Source: Dictyostelium discoideum
Lineage: Eukaryota
Assembly (NCBI GenBank): GCA_000004695.1
Contig: CM000155.2
Location: forward strand, 3,488,001-3,552,000
Reading direction: 5' to 3'
Length of the DNA: 64,000 nt
Positions within the stretch are counted from its first letter, which is position 1. Every line of letters begins with the position of its first letter. The translations under genes were made by a program, and so were the position numbers. Shown piece after piece: positions 1 to 18,154 of the stretch. The notes below the pieces were generated by a model that saw only the letters and a program-made list of their open reading frames with translations, had not been told where the DNA came from and did not search any database.

Positions 1-753
1 TTATTGATTTATTTATTTGTATATTTTTATATTAATATTTTTATTGTTGTTATTATTATTATTAATATAATTATTATAATATTCATCATTTTAATCAATT
101 AACATCTCTAAAAAAAAAAAAGAAAAAAATAAAAAATTTAAAAAAAAAAAAAAAAAAAAATCATATCCCCAATACCAAATTTTTTAATTATTTATCGAAT
201 TTTGGCCAATGAAGTTCAAAAATACAAAATATATATTATATAATAATTTAACACATATATAGAACAAATCAATTCGGATAGGAAAAAAAAAAAAAAAAAA
301 AAAAAAGGTAAAAAAATAAAAAAATAAAAAATATCACCCACACATTGTCTCTCTCAATAAACACGCAAACTATTCTTCAATATTTGTTTCCTTTTTTGTT
401 TATAATAATTATCTATATCTCTTTTATAAAAAAATAAAAAAAATAAAAAATAAAAAAAAGAAAAAAAAGAAAGAAAAAAAAAAAAAAAAAAATTCAAATA
501 GTTATGATATTAAAGCAATACTATTGTTGTTATATTGTTTTTTTATACCACCCCAACCACATAACAAAACAAAAAAATAAAAAAAAAAAAAAAATAAATA
601 AACCCAAAATAATTGAGAAATTTGGAATAATAAAATAAATATGCCATATGTGTACAGTTATAGCATAATTTAAAAAATTATAGCACAATAATAGCATAAT
701 ATAATATATTCAAATATTAAATATTAAATTTAATAATTTTAAAAAAAAAAAAT

Positions 754-795
<42 letters not shown>

Positions 796-819
796 GTTGA
801 GAAAATCCAATATTACATG

Positions 820-856
820 TGGGATAGTGGTGTGTGTGTGTGTGTTTGTTAATTGT
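820..856. promoter_or_regulatory. GT/CA-rich G-box/CAE-like element (candidate G-box-binding-factor site).
   Basis: gggatagtggtgtgtgtgtgtgtgtttgttaattgtg lies in an otherwise pure A/T desert. Similar islands occur at 940..960 (cacacccacacac), 10528..10556, 12040..12066, 24148..24180 and 38686..38720. Confidence 0.3.
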
Positions 857-1311
857 GATATATAAAAATAATTTCGACCACACCCTTTCAATATTATCAA
901 TTTTATTTATTTTTTATTTTTTATTTTTTATTTTTTTTTCCAAATATCACACCCACACACTTTAAAAAATTCTTTCTCTCATATTATATGATTTTTTTAT
1001 TTTTTTTTTATTTTATTTTTATTTGTTTTTATTTTAATTTTTTTTTTTTTGTTTTTTTATTTTTTTTATAATAATGTTATTATTTTTCTCATTTTTCAAT
1101 TAATATAGAGCCAAATAAAATTTTTAAAGATATTTTTTTTTTTTTTTTTTTTAAAAAAAAAGGGGAATTGTAAGGGGAAAAGGGGGGGGTTAAAAAAATA
1201 TTATTATTATAATAATTATTATTATTATTATTATTATTATAATAATTATAATAATTATTATACCCCAAATTTATAAATTTTAATTTCCCCTTTTTTTTTT
1301 AAAATTAATTT

Positions 1312-1362
<51 letters not shown>

Positions 1363-1890
1363 TATTTGTTTGTAATTTAAATTAAAATTTTTTTTTTTTA
1401 TTTTTTTTTTTTTTTCAATTTGTTTGTTATAAAGACAAATAAAATTTTTTTTTAAATTTTTTTTTTTTGTTGCATATTGTTTTAGTGCTAAAACAACATA
1501 AAAAAATAATTTATATATAAAAAAAAAATATTAACAAAATTATTTTAACCAAAAAAAAAAAAAAAAAAAAACCAATTCGCTCTATTTTTAAAATTTTTTT
1601 TATTTTTAAAATAAAAAATTTAGTATTTAATCAACAATCAATAAATTTATAATTTAAACCTATATATATTCATTAATGAAACATCAAAATCAAAAATAGT
1701 AAGTTTTTTTATTTTTTTTTATTTTTTTATTTTTTTTTTTTTTAACCTCCCAAAAATAACCCAATATAAATTAAAAATATTTTTTTAAACCATCTTTTAT
1801 TTATTTATTTTTTTTTTTTAATCAGTAAAATTAATTTATTTTAATATTTTTATTTTATTTTATTTTTTTATAGGGATTAAAAAATTAAAT

Positions 1891-1923
<33 letters not shown>

Positions 1924-2174
1924 ATTCACCCAATAACTTTTGTTAGTTAAATCAAATCAATCCTAGGGTTTTTATTTAAAAAAAAAAAAAAAAAATTTAT
2001 TTTATATTTTAAAAAAAACCCTATCAATTTATATTTATTGTTTTTTTTTCTTCATTTATTTCTTTTTTTTTGTTTTTTTTTGTTTTGTATATATTATTAT
2101 TTTTTTTTTTTTTTTTTTTATTGTCTTTGTTTCACTTCAAATCCAAATTTTTTGATTGTAAATTTTGTATTTAT

Positions 2175-2274
<100 letters not shown>

Positions 2275-2465
2275 TAATATTATAAACTTTTTCAAGCAAT
2301 AACAATAGTAATAGAAATAAATAGCCTTTAATTTTTTTTTTTTTTTATAAATTAAAAAAAAAAAAAAAAAAATACATAATATAAAAATCTTTTTTTTAAT
2401 AATTAAACAACTACAATAATAAAATAAAAAAAAATAAAAAATTATAATAATAATAAATTGTAAAT

Positions 2466-3012
2466 ATGAACGACACACCATTATCATCGAATCTCATCGA
2501 TAGAACATCGAGTACTATCTATGTTAGTAATATTAGACACTCGACTCCAATAAATTCAATTTTTAATATTTTCTCAAAGTAAGTTAAAATAAAATAAAAT
2601 AAAATAAAATAAAAAGCAATTTTACTAATTTTTTTTAATTAATAAAAAAAAAAAAAATATATAAATATAGGTTTGGACCACTAGAAAGATGTGAAATTCC
2701 AGAGAATAAATTTGGAAAAACTCGTGGATTTGCATTCATTGAGTTTGAAAATAAAGCAAATGCTTACACGGCATTTGAAGAATTAGCCAAACAAGAGATT
2801 CTTTTGGATGGAAGAGTGTTAAAATTAGAATGGGCTAGGGCCACCAAATTGTACAAAGAAGATATTCAAAATCTTAGTTCCGAATCTAAAGAGAAAATTA
2901 TGGGTGCCTTTTCTAGAAATCATAATTTCGACTCTAGATACTCTAAAAAGGGTGCTCCAACTAATTCCTCAAATAATACTAGAAAAACTAATGGTGGCGG
3001 AATCTCAAAATC

Positions 3013-3066
<54 letters not shown>

Positions 3067-3067
3067 A

Positions 3068-3144
<77 letters not shown>

Positions 3145-3375
3145 TAATAATAATAATAATAACAATAATAATATCATCAATAATACTCCAATTAATGGTG
3201 GAATTCACTCTTCATCTTCATCTTCAACTATTATTCAATCAACTAATAATAGTATTGCTTCAAATAACAACACATTAGCATCAGTATTATCCAATTCAAA
3301 TTCTAACCCACTACCATCATCTTCTTCACAAGCATCTTCATCATCAACACCTTTAACAATACAATCCTCAACTTC

Positions 3376-3452
<77 letters not shown>

Positions 3453-3538
3453 TTTCATCAAATGTTTTAACAAATAATGTAATAAATGGTGTTGGTAGAA
3501 TTACATCATCACCATCATTCACTAGTTCATCAAACATT

Positions 3539-3577
<39 letters not shown>

Positions 3578-3846
3578 AATAATAATAATAATAATAATGT
3601 AAATCATTCACCAGCATCATTGGGTTTGAATAATAATAATAATAACAACAATAACAATATCAATTGCAATGGTTTTTTAAATATAATGGGTACAAATAAC
3701 AATTGTAATAGTTTCGATCTAAATTTAACAAGTTTAGGAAATTCTATGGTAAATATACCATTGTCACCTTCACGATCACCCTTATGTAATTTATCAAATT
3801 CACCATCTTCAAGTTCTTCTTCCTCTTCTTCACCTCCATCACTTTC

Positions 3847-3898
<52 letters not shown>

Positions 3899-5218
3899 AT
3901 TCTTACTCCTAAAAAGAAAATGATTTCCACTTCAAACGGTGGTACATTTATAAAGAAAGAAGATACTTCGCCATTGTTGAGTAATAGTAATATTTCATAT
4001 TATCAATATACTCAACAACAACAACAACAACAACAATTACAGCAACAACAGCAATTGAATGGTGTAACTCAGTCACCAACTCAATCGCCAATTAAAAAGT
4101 ATAATTCAATTGCTTCAAATGGTAATGGAGTTCATCATAACTCTTTAAATGGTTCAATGAATCATTACCATCAGCAACAACAACACCAACACCATCATCA
4201 CCATCATCACCATCATAATAATAATAATATGATTAGTAGTAGTGTCAATGGTACTACTTCAACCAACCCTTTATTACCACTACCATTGTCATCGACTACA
4301 CATTCTTTATCAAAAAGTTTAAATGGTACTACATCAAGTGGTATTAACGATCTTCACCATCAACAACAACATATCTCGAATTATGGTCAATATTTTGGAA
4401 TCCCGAACTTTAATCAATCAGTTGATTTCAATCTTTCCTTTAATCATACCATCACCAATCTATCGAATCTTGATCTTCGTGGAATTAACATCTCTGATAA
4501 TATTAATTCATCATCGAATAGTGGTTCAACTTCATCGAGTTCAATCACAACATCAAGTTTAAGTATAAATAATAATAATAATACAAACAATAACAACAAT
4601 AATAATAATAATATTATTATTAATAATTCAAATGGAAGTTCACCAAATTCTTCTTCCCCAGCGATTAACAATGGAACAAGTACCATTGGTGGAAGTAGTT
4701 CTACACTTTCCTCATCAACAAATGGCAATTCATTAAAACAAATTGCCGGAGGTGGTTCATCGTCATCGTCATCATCCTCCTCTTCTTCAACCACATCTTC
4801 TCCAACAACCCCTTTAACTAATAATATCAACACCAACTTTACGAATCATTTACAAAATGGACTTTTCAACGACGAATTAAGATATCTTTCCGAATTTAAT
4901 GCTTCTTTGTTTGTTGTAAATAACAATAACATTAACAACAACAATAACAATAGCAATACCAATGGTTTTTCGAATTTTTCAACAACTACAAATGGCAATC
5001 ATGATTTATTATCGCAGCCAGCTTTAAGCCATAATCACAATCAACAACAACATCACAACCTTCACCATCTTCATCATCAACATCATTATTTTGCAAGTAA
5101 TCAAGATCCAGTTTATGTATCATCACCACCTGGTATCAATTCTTTTACACATTTTTCAAATTCTCCAATTTCAAATTTTAATAACAATTCTCCATTTTTC
5201 AAATCAAATTTTAATTAA
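2466..5218 (+). CDS. RRM (RNA-recognition-motif) protein with very long N/Q/S-rich low-complexity tail. Two exons: 2466..2578 and 2671..5218, joined across a phase-2 intron 2579..2670 (GTAAGT...ATAG).
   Basis: ATG at 2466 gives MNDTPLSSNLIDRTSSTIYVSNIRHSTPINSIFNIFSK. After the intron the frame continues GFGPLERCEIPENKFGKTRGFAFIEFENKANAYTAFEELAKQEILLDGRVLKLEWA, containing RNP-2 (IYVSNI) and RNP-1 (RGFAFIEF) motifs. The track ORF 2804..5218 starts at a TTG inside exon 2. The tail carries (AAT)n poly-N, (CAA)n poly-Q and a His run. Confidence 0.75.
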
Positions 5219-5276
5219 TTAATCAATTAATAATTATCGAGCGGATGTATATAAAATGTAAACAATAACTAATAAC

Positions 5277-5315
<39 letters not shown>

Positions 5316-5396
5316 TAATTTATAATAATTAATAATAACAATTCTTTTTTGGTTTGTTTGGGATTTTTTATCCCTTAATTTACTTTCCCAGAAAAA

Positions 5397-5447
<51 letters not shown>

Positions 5448-5718
5448 TATTAAAAAAAAAAAAAAAGATAAATAAATAAAATTAAATAAATATATTTAAA
5501 CTATTATAATTTTTTGATCTATCTTTTTGTAAAACTTATTATTTTTTAAAAAAAAAAAAAAAAGAGAAAAATAATAAAATATAAATAAGTAAAAAAATAA
5601 GAAAAGATTATTTTAATTACAATCAATAAATAAAAAAAAATATATTTAAATATTTTTTTCTTTTATCTTTTTTTTTTTATTTAATTATAAAAAGTTATTT
5701 TTATAATTTTTTTTTTTT

Positions 5719-9607
<3,889 letters not shown>

Positions 9608-10215
9608 CTTTGTATATAGTTTTTTTTTTTTTGAAAAAAAAAAAAAAAAAAATTTATTGTTTTATTATTATTATTATTTTTATTATTACTGGTTTCTATT
9701 AATCACTTTAAATTAAATAATATCTCTTTTTTTTATTTTTTCTTTTTTGGTTGTTTTTTTCTTTTTTTTAATGATTTTGATTTTTAAAATTTTTAAAAAC
9801 TTTCTACTACAAATTAGTGTGTAGATAGTTTTTATATGTATTCTATATGTATATTTAAATTTGTGTCTGTCTGTATAAAATTTTTAATTTATTAGTATTT
9901 TTATTATTAAAAAAAATAAAAATAAAAATAATAAAAAAATAAAAAAATTAAATAAAAATAAAAAAATAAAATAATTATAGTAGTGGTTTAATTTGTAGTT
10001 AGTGAGTGTGAGAAACAAAGAGTGAGATATTGAGATAGTACTACATGTAGGAAAAAAATAAAACAAATAAAACAAATAAGTATATATTTAATATAAACTT
10101 CTTCTCTCTCTCTCTCTAAATAATTTTTTTTTTTTTGTTATTTTTTATTTTTTTTTAAATGTTACTATTAATTATATAAAAAAAAAAAAAAAATGACACA
10201 TATAATAAATTATTA

Positions 10216-10216
10216 C

Positions 10217-10297
<81 letters not shown>
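10216..10297. repeat. (TTA)n microsatellite of about 27 units, intergenic.
   Basis: Uninterrupted ttattatta... run. The track ORF 10172..10399 is an artefact. Confidence 0.9.
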
Positions 10298-10298
<1 letters not shown>

Positions 10299-11138
10299 TT
10301 TAATATCTGTTTTGTTTGTTGGTATTTTAAATTTTTACATGTAAATATACAATTAAAAAAAAAGTTGAAAATGAAAAAATTATCTAAATGTGTGGGCACA
10401 ATTAGTAGGGTGTGTATGGTGTTGGGTTTTTTTTTTTTTATTATATTTTATTTTTTATTTTTATTAAAAAGTATTTGAAATAGTAATGATATTGATATAA
10501 TGAAAAGTATTTATGTCTGTATTTATATGTGAATGTGTGTGTGTGTGTGTGTGTATATGTATAAATGGTTTTTTTTTAGTTTATTTTAGTTTATTTTATT
10601 TTTTTTGTATAAATATGAAATTTGAGGATGATTGTAAAAAAAATAATAATTTTAAAAACAAAAACAAAATGAAACTCTAATAATTATGATCTAGATTGAA
10701 TTATGAATGATATAAAGAATGGGCAACTTTGCATTACATTGATATTACAATTGTGGTGTTTCAAATGAATTTTTAAAAAAAAAAAAATAAAAAAAAAAAA
10801 AAAATCAGAAAAAAAAAAATTTTAACGGCGCAATTACCATTATTATTATTATTATTTTTATTATTATTATTATAATAAAAACGTCGTTGAAAGTTTTTTG
10901 AACCACATAAATGAAAAAATTAAAAAAAAAAATTAAATAAAAAAAGTGATAATTATTCTACTCTTATTACTTTTTTTTTTTTTTTTAAAATTTTATTTAT
11001 TTATTTAAAAATATTATTTATTATAGTTATTATTTTTTAACAAAAAAGAATAAAGATGGTGAAGTTATTAAATAATTTTTTTTAAAACCCAAGAAAAAAA
11101 AAAAAAAAAACCTTTTTTTTAAAAAATCGTTTTGTTTG

Positions 11139-11170
<32 letters not shown>

Positions 11171-11769
11171 AATGGGGGAAATTTTTTTAGGTAAAAAGGA
11201 GTTTATTTTTTGTTTAAATAATTCTTGATTTCGGATTTAAATGAGGGTGAATTAAGGGAATGAGAAGATTACCTTTAAACCTTTTTTTTTTTTTTTTTTT
11301 TTTTCCCCCTTTAAATTGGTTGGTTTTTTAAAAAGGTTTTTTTTTTTTTCTCCCTTTAATCTTCCCTTTTATTATTATTATTATTATTACTTAAATTATT
11401 ATATTAAATCTTGAAACATGATAGTTTTGGTGTTGTTGGATTTAGTGTATTAAATAGAAAATGAAAAAAATTGAAAAAAAAATTATTTTTGTGAAAAAAA
11501 AAAAAAAAAAAAAATGAAAATAAAAAAATAAAAATAAAAAAAAAAAAATTATAACCAATTGCTGTATAAAATAAGATAATTAAAAAAGGAAATTATAAAA
11601 AAAATTTTAAAAAAAAAAAAATTTTTTGAAAAAAAAAAAAAAAATTTAATTTTTGGGAAAAAAAAAAATCCCACGGTTTAATTTTTAAACAAAAAATTTT
11701 TTTATTTAAATTTTGAAAAAGGGGCCCAACCCATTATTTTTTTCAAATTTTTTTTTTAAAAATTTTTTC

Positions 11770-11814
<45 letters not shown>

Positions 11815-12222
11815 CTTATTTTTTGGGTTTTTTGGAAATGTTTTTTTTTAAAACCAAAAATAATTTCTTACTAAATGATGAATGCCAACAATCGTCACGC
11901 ATATTCATTTATTATTAAAAGAAAATCGAGTTTTGCAATGGTCGATAAAAAGAATTTTATTATAAAAGTTCACTAAAAATAATTTAAAATAAAAGAATAA
12001 AAATTAAAATAATAAAAAAAAAAAAAAAAATCACACACACACATCACACCACAACCACTAAGTTATTTTTAATTTTTTTAATTTTTTTTATTTTTTTTAT
12101 TTTTTTTTATTTTAATTTTTTTTAAAATTTTTTTTTTTTTTTTTTATTATAATGGAAATATATTTTTTGATATACACCCAAAAAAAAAAAAAAAAAAAAA
12201 AAACCCCAAAAAAAAAAAACCC

Positions 12223-12253
<31 letters not shown>

Positions 12254-12794
12254 ATAATAAAATAAAATAAAATAAAATAAAATAAAATATAACAATTGTT
12301 ATAATTATATAATATATAATCATAATGTAAGTTAAATAAATAAATATATAAATTATTTGTTGGGGTGATTTTATTTATATATAGAAATGATTTCTTTTTA
12401 ATATTATTATTTTTTTTTTAAAAAATTATTATTTTTATTTTTATTTTATTTTTATTTTTACTTTAAAAATATTATTAATGATTGATATTAAATAACAAAA
12501 AAAAAAAAAATAATTAATACTAATAATTTAACATATATATATATATTTTTTTTAAAATTTTTTATTTTTATTTAAAATAAAAACATAAACCTTATTTTTT
12601 TTATTTTTTATTTTTATTATTTTGCCATTAAAATAAATAAATAAATAAAAAATAAATAAAAATAAATAAAAATAAATAAATAAATAAAAATAAATAAATA
12701 TAAATAAATAAAATAAAATATAAAAATAAAAAATAAACAAATTTAAAAAAATTAAATAATTATCTATATTTATTAATTATTTTTTTAAAAAAAA

Positions 12795-13152
12795 ATGTTA
12801 ATTCATCCATTTATACAATCATTTACTGAAATAATTGATAATAGGATGAAGTTAGGGAATAATATGGAGGGAGTTATAGAATGTAAAAATTGTCAAACTG
12901 ATACACCCAAATGTAATAAAGTTTGTCTTACTTGTAATTCTGACATTGGTGAACGATGTTGGAGATGTAATTATTTGGGAAAAATAAACTCAAAATTTTG
13001 TTTTAGATGTAATGTTAAATTACATCCAACTTCAATTCCACCAAAGGATTCAATACAACCAATACCAATATTTACAAAACATCCAATAGCCTCTACACTT
13101 TTAATTAATAAATCAATAATTCCAACTCAATCAGAAAATAATAGTATTAATG

Positions 13153-13237
<85 letters not shown>

Positions 13238-13353
13238 CAACACAAACAATAATGATAGCAAAATTATTGATGCTACTATAACTAATACTAAAAACAATAA
13301 CACAACTAATAATAATAATATTAGTAATAATAATAGTAGTAATATTATTAGTA

Positions 13354-13427
<74 letters not shown>

Positions 13428-13637
13428 TTGAATTTCCTTAAAAAAAGTACAAGCTGTGATAATGGTAGTTTTGAAAGTATCAGTGATTCTATCTCACCAA
13501 TAAAGGATATAATTAACAATATAAACAATAGAACCAAAGATATTGAAAAATTAAATAGTGCGTTGCCGTTAAACAAAAAATCAAATTCTTCTACTTCTTG
13601 GTCAAATTTTAATACTTTTAAAAATAATAGTAAAACC

Positions 13638-13703
<66 letters not shown>

Positions 13704-14281
13704 TATAAACCAACAATAACAAGTAGTCAAACCCAACCCTCGCTTATGGAAAATAGTAAAGATATCGACAAAAAAGAAAAAATACCTTCAAATATTAATA
13801 ATAATAGAAGCACCACTATTATTTATAAATATCAAGAAGATAATAGTGAAGATTATACGGATGATGGTGATTTTGAAGAGTTTCAAATAAACTCTAATCT
13901 AACCTCAGAATCATCATCAATTGATTCTTTAATAATAAAGGATGGAGTAATAGCAACAACTGTGACATCATCAACAATAAATTGTATTAATGACAATAAC
14001 TTTGATCCTGATCAATTATCATCATCGACATCATCAATAAAGAAACCAAAATTATTCTATTCCATAACTAAAAAGAAATTAGTAAGTCAATCACCACCGC
14101 CACCACAACCACCATTTTTAGCTTCAGCTTCATCATCATCAACAACAACAATAACAACAACAGATTCTCTTGAAAAATCAATTAAAGATTCAACACCAAT
14201 AGCTACGACATTGGTTAATGATTATCAAAATCAAAATCAAAATTTAAATAATGAATCGGCAGCTTCATCATCATCATTATC

Positions 14282-14321
<40 letters not shown>

Positions 14322-15334
14322 TTATTACCAGATTCTCAAACCAATTTAAATAATTTAATATTTATTGAAAAGTTAAATAATGATTTATCTGGTAGTATTG
14401 AAACTTTGAATAATAGTTTAAATAATAGTTTAAATAGCTTAAATTCCAGTTTTAATTTTAGATTAAATTTAAATTCAATTACAAATAATGAAGATAAAAG
14501 ACTTTCAAACTCATCATTATTGGATGAAATAATTGATGCATTTCCATCTCCACCTTCAAAGAATCCTTACATTTCAGTTTTAAATACTAGTGGTGGTATA
14601 GGTAGTAATAGTAACAGTAGTAATAATAATAATAGTAACAGTAATAATATAACAAATAGTAATAGTTCAAGTTTCAGTAAAAAGAATAGTAATAATAATA
14701 ATAATTATCAACCAGTTATTTCACTACCAATTCCTATTGTTAATCATCAACAACAGCAACAACAACAACAATTACAAACAGCTGCAATTTTAGGTAATAA
14801 TAATATTAATTTTATTCAAAATCCATCATCGACATCGACAACGACAACGACTACGACTGCTTCTACTACAACTATTTTAATTAAATCTGATCATAGAACC
14901 AATTTAATAAAAGAGATTTTAACAACTGAATTAGATTATGTTAACGATTTAGAGACCATTATTAATGTTTTTTGTAAACCACTTAGAGATTTTATATCAA
15001 ATGAAGATAGTGCAAGTATTTTTTCAAATATTGAGCAAATTTGGCAAATTAATAAACAACTCTATGAGAATTTAATTTCAAATACTTTAACTATTGGTCA
15101 AGTTTTTTCAAATATGTCTGATTCATTAAAAGTTTATTCTGTATATTGTAATTATCATCAAAAATCTTTGGATAGTTTAAATCAATTATTAAAAACTCCT
15201 CAAAATGAATCTTTTTTTGATCAATTATTAAGTAAACCTGAATTAAGAGGAATGGGTCCTCATTCATTTTTAATTAAACCTGTTCAAAGAATTTGGTAAT
15301 TATCTTAAATATATATATATTTTTAAAAATTTTA

Positions 15335-15371
<37 letters not shown>

Positions 15372-16488
15372 GATATTATTATTATTATTATTAACACTTT
15401 GATATATTTATTTAAAATTTTTTACTATAGTAAATATCCATTATTATTAAAAGAATTATTAAAAGCTACAGCAGAGGATCATTTTGATTATCCACAATTA
15501 ATACTTGCTGTTGAAAAAATTGAAAAAATTGTTGGTACAATAAATAGTCAAAAGAAAGAAATGGAAACTTGGCAAAGAACAATGCAATTAATTCAAAATT
15601 TAAAAGGTGCTGATGTAAGTATAATTATAATTTTAAATTTTTTATTTAACTTTTTTTATTTATTAATCATCTTTTTTTTTTTTTTTCTTTTTTCTTTTTT
15701 CTTAGAATTTACAATTATTAGCAGCAAATAGGCATTTAATTTTAGAAGGATCATTACATTTAGTGATTGGATTCACAGAGAATGCAGAGAAAAAGAATTC
15801 AAGTTTAAAATTTAAAAAAGGTGTTTACTTTTTATTTAATGATTTATTTTTGTTTACAAAACAAAAAGGTACAACTTATAAACTATTATTTTATACTCAA
15901 TTGGATAATGTTTTAATTCATGCAAATGTTTCAAATTGTTTCCCTGCTGATAAGAGTGTATTCTCTTTAGTTGAAATTGGTGTTGGTGGTAGAAAATGGA
16001 CATTTTGTAATACAAATTCAAATAGTAGTAATATTAGTAATAGTGGTAATAGTAGTGGCATTATTAATAGTAGTAGTAGTAGTAGTGGTAGTTGTAGTAA
16101 TGGCGGTAATAGTAGTGGATATAATAATTTAAATAATACATGCGGTATATATAGCGGTAATAGTAATAATAATAACAATAATAATAATAACAATAATAAT
16201 ATATTTTCTACTATTCAAAAATTAATTGAAAAAACATGGGAGGATAAATTCATGGGACAAAGTAGCGTTTCACATAGATTAAGTATCCCATCGACAAGTT
16301 CTCCAAATAATGGTGCTTCTTTGAATGGTAATAGTAGTAGTAATAGCAGTAGTACTTCAATATCAACAGTTGGTTCTCCAAATGTTACTTCAGCTGCAAA
16401 ACAACAACAGCAACTACAACAGCAACAACAATCTTCAAAGAAAAGAAATAGACGTCTAGTAAAAAGTTTAGTTAATATTAAAACATAA
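12795..16488 (+). CDS. Rho/Rac guanine-nucleotide exchange factor with a Cys-rich N-terminus, long poly-N linkers, a DH domain and a PH domain. Three exons: 12795..15295, 15431..15614 and 15706..16488, about 1155 aa.
   Basis: The DH domain reads HRTNLIKEILTTELDYVNDLETIINVF...LIKPVQRI. Splicing the GTAATT donor at 15296 to the acceptor at 15430 recreates the canonical QRIC|KYPLLLKELLKAT (TG + T gives Cys). Exon 2 ends at the GTAAGT donor at 15615, and exon 3 (LQLLAANRHLILEGSLHLVIGFTENAEKKNSSLKFKKGVYFLFNDLFLFTK...) is a PH domain. The track ORFs 15399.. and 15763.. are exon fragments. The N-terminus carries CxxC pairs (CKNCQTDTPKCNKVCLTCNSD...WRCNYLGKINSKFCFRCN). Confidence 0.8.
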
Positions 16489-16657
16489 TTAAATTTTTCT
16501 TTTAAAAAAAAAAAAAAAAGTTATTTTGTGTTTTCATTTTAAATATGTATATATCATGGAGAAAAAAAAAAAAAAAAAAAAAAAAAACCAAACTAAATAT
16601 ATTATATAATAAAAAAAAAAAAAAAAAAAAACCAATTTAAAAATTAATTATTTTATT

Positions 16658-18154
16658 TTAAAATGTTATTGATTGAGGTAGTAAAGTTTCATTTAAAGAT
16701 TGATCAAAAGAATTACCAATTATAAGTTTTTCTATTGTTTTTGGTAATTGAAAATTTATTGGTTTATCAAAATCACCAATTAATTTTAAAACTTTTAATT
16801 TTTCAGGAATAAATCCTTTAGATATTGATTGATTTGATTTTATTACTAATATTTCAACACTTTCTGGTATAAAATAATTGGAATTAAATTGAAAACCATA
16901 ATATTTTCCAAATTTTAAATATTTAATTGAATTTGGGAAAACATAATTCTCAACGATTTTATTACAATTAATTGTTAATTTTTTAATACTTGTTGGTATT
17001 GTTATTGATTGAATTGTAATTGACTTATTAAAACGAATACCAAGTTTTAAATTTTCAATTGTATTTGGAAGATTAATATGTTGAATTGATCTGTGGATTT
17101 TACAATTTAAAATTAATTTATTTAAAGAGGATGGAAAAAAATTTAAATCTTGAAATTTATAAATATTTTCAAAATTCCAATCGTAATCTACAAGTTTAAG
17201 ATATGTTATTGAATTTGGTAAAACGTTTGGTTGAACTATTATTTTAGAAACAATTAGAATTAGAGTACTCAAGTTTGGTGGGAACATATCCCTTGTTAGA
17301 GAAGTTTGTTTTTTATTTGAATAATTTAAACTTAACCAAGTTAAATTCTCAAATGAATTAATTGGTAATATGAATTTTGGAATTAAATGACTAATATCTA
17401 GTTTTTTTAATGTCAAAGGTAATGAATTTAATTGAAAAACGATTTCATTTTCGTCATTAAAATATTTCTCTGAAGTTGTTAGAGTTAAACTTTCCAATTG
17501 ATTAGGTAAACAATCGCTTTTAAATATTAATAATAGTTTCATTAAATGAAGTGATAAATGCTTTATATGATTTGGTAAATCGTTTGCTTTCAATTCTGTA
17601 TTACCATTATACCAATATGGTCCCAAATCAAGTGATGTTAAACTAGTTGGAATTGATAACCATTTTGATAAATTATGATTTGGACATCTGAAAATTGATA
17701 ATGATTTTATATTATTTGGAATTATAACTTTTCTTTCAGGTGGCAAATCATCAGACTCGTTTTGTTCATATCTATCACCTCTTATAAAAGTTGCATTTAT
17801 AACAGTTTCAACTGAAGTTGGAAATAGTAATAATCTGGTTATCTTATTATTATATCTTGGATATGTAAATTTCTTTAATCCATTTGATAATTGTGATTCT
17901 ATTGGTTGTTCACACTTATATTTATCATATAAAATCGAAATTGAATGTAGACTTTTTGGAAAATCTTCACCTGAAATAAATTCACCTGTACCATCATAAA
18001 TAACTGTTTTATAATATTCTATATATGGGAAATCTCTAATATCCTCAACTCTATCTATCGCAACAGTATCGTAATTTTTAAAAAATCTAATAAACCTAAA
18101 TATTATTCTATTAATAAAAATATTCCTCCAAACTTTAAAAAATAATTTATCCAT
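16658..18154 (-). CDS. FNIP-repeat protein (Dictyostelium FNIP repeat family, LRR-like), 498 aa, single exon.
   Basis: ATG at 18154. The N-terminus MDKLFFKVWRNIFINRIIFRF is typical of the family. Repeated units such as LPNSITYLKL, FPSSLNKLIL, LPNTIENLKLG, IPTSIKKLTI, FPNSIKYLKFGKYYGFQFNSN, IPESVEILVI, IPEKLKVLKLIGDFDKPINFQLPKTIEKLIIGNSFDQSL match the FNIP consensus. Confidence 0.8.
   Translation of the reverse strand: MDKLFFKVWRNIFINRIIFRFIRFFKNYDTVAIDRVEDIRDFPYIEYYKTVIYDGTGEFISGEDFPKSLHSISILYDKYKCEQPIESQLSNGLKKFTYPRYNNKITRLLLFPTSVETVINATFIRGDRYEQNESDDLPPERKVIIPNNIKSLSIFRCPNHNLSKWLSIPTSLTSLDLGPYWYNGNTELKANDLPNHIKHLSLHLMKLLLIFKSDCLPNQLESLTLTTSEKYFNDENEIVFQLNSLPLTLKKLDISHLIPKFILPINSFENLTWLSLNYSNKKQTSLTRDMFPPNLSTLILIVSKIIVQPNVLPNSITYLKLVDYDWNFENIYKFQDLNFFPSSLNKLILNCKIHRSIQHINLPNTIENLKLGIRFNKSITIQSITIPTSIKKLTINCNKIVENYVFPNSIKYLKFGKYYGFQFNSNYFIPESVEILVIKSNQSISKGFIPEKLKVLKLIGDFDKPINFQLPKTIEKLIIGNSFDQSLNETLLPQSITF

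Noticed and set aside
2904-3576. Antisense and alternative-frame ORFs 2904..3278, 2920..3180, 3011..3208, 3235..3576, 3604..3930, 4323..4562 and 4444..4836
   Set aside because: All lie inside the RRM-gene exon and are generated by its (AAT)n/(CAA)n tracts in other frames. The same applies to 5994..6547 and 7017..7344 in mybA exon 3, 8013..8228 and 9352..9716 in mybA exons 1-2, 13127..13639, 15918..16193, 18770..19666, 24822..25262, 34206..35333, 35841..36882 and 36935..37144.
11876-11980. 33-codon ATG-initiated ORF (MMNANNRHAYSFIIKRKSSFAMVDKKNFIIKVH) in the 9.6-12.8 kb desert
   Set aside because: It is too short and has no recognisable motif or supporting signals. It could be a small ORF, but the evidence is insufficient to call.
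12180-12230. C4A4/G4T4-like motifs as telomeric repeats
   Set aside because: They are single interstitial copies rather than tandem arrays. They sit amid ordinary intergenic poly-A/T and may be homopolymer artefacts.
15297-15299. Stop codons that appear to terminate the GEF, myb, exoc6, kinase and giant-gene ORFs (15299, 7608, 41959, 25816, 26266, 31501, 53638)
   Set aside because: Each lies 0-45 nt inside a GT(A)AGT-type donor followed by an A/T-rich interval and a (T)nAG acceptor. The downstream frame continues the same protein domain, so they are intronic, not real termini.
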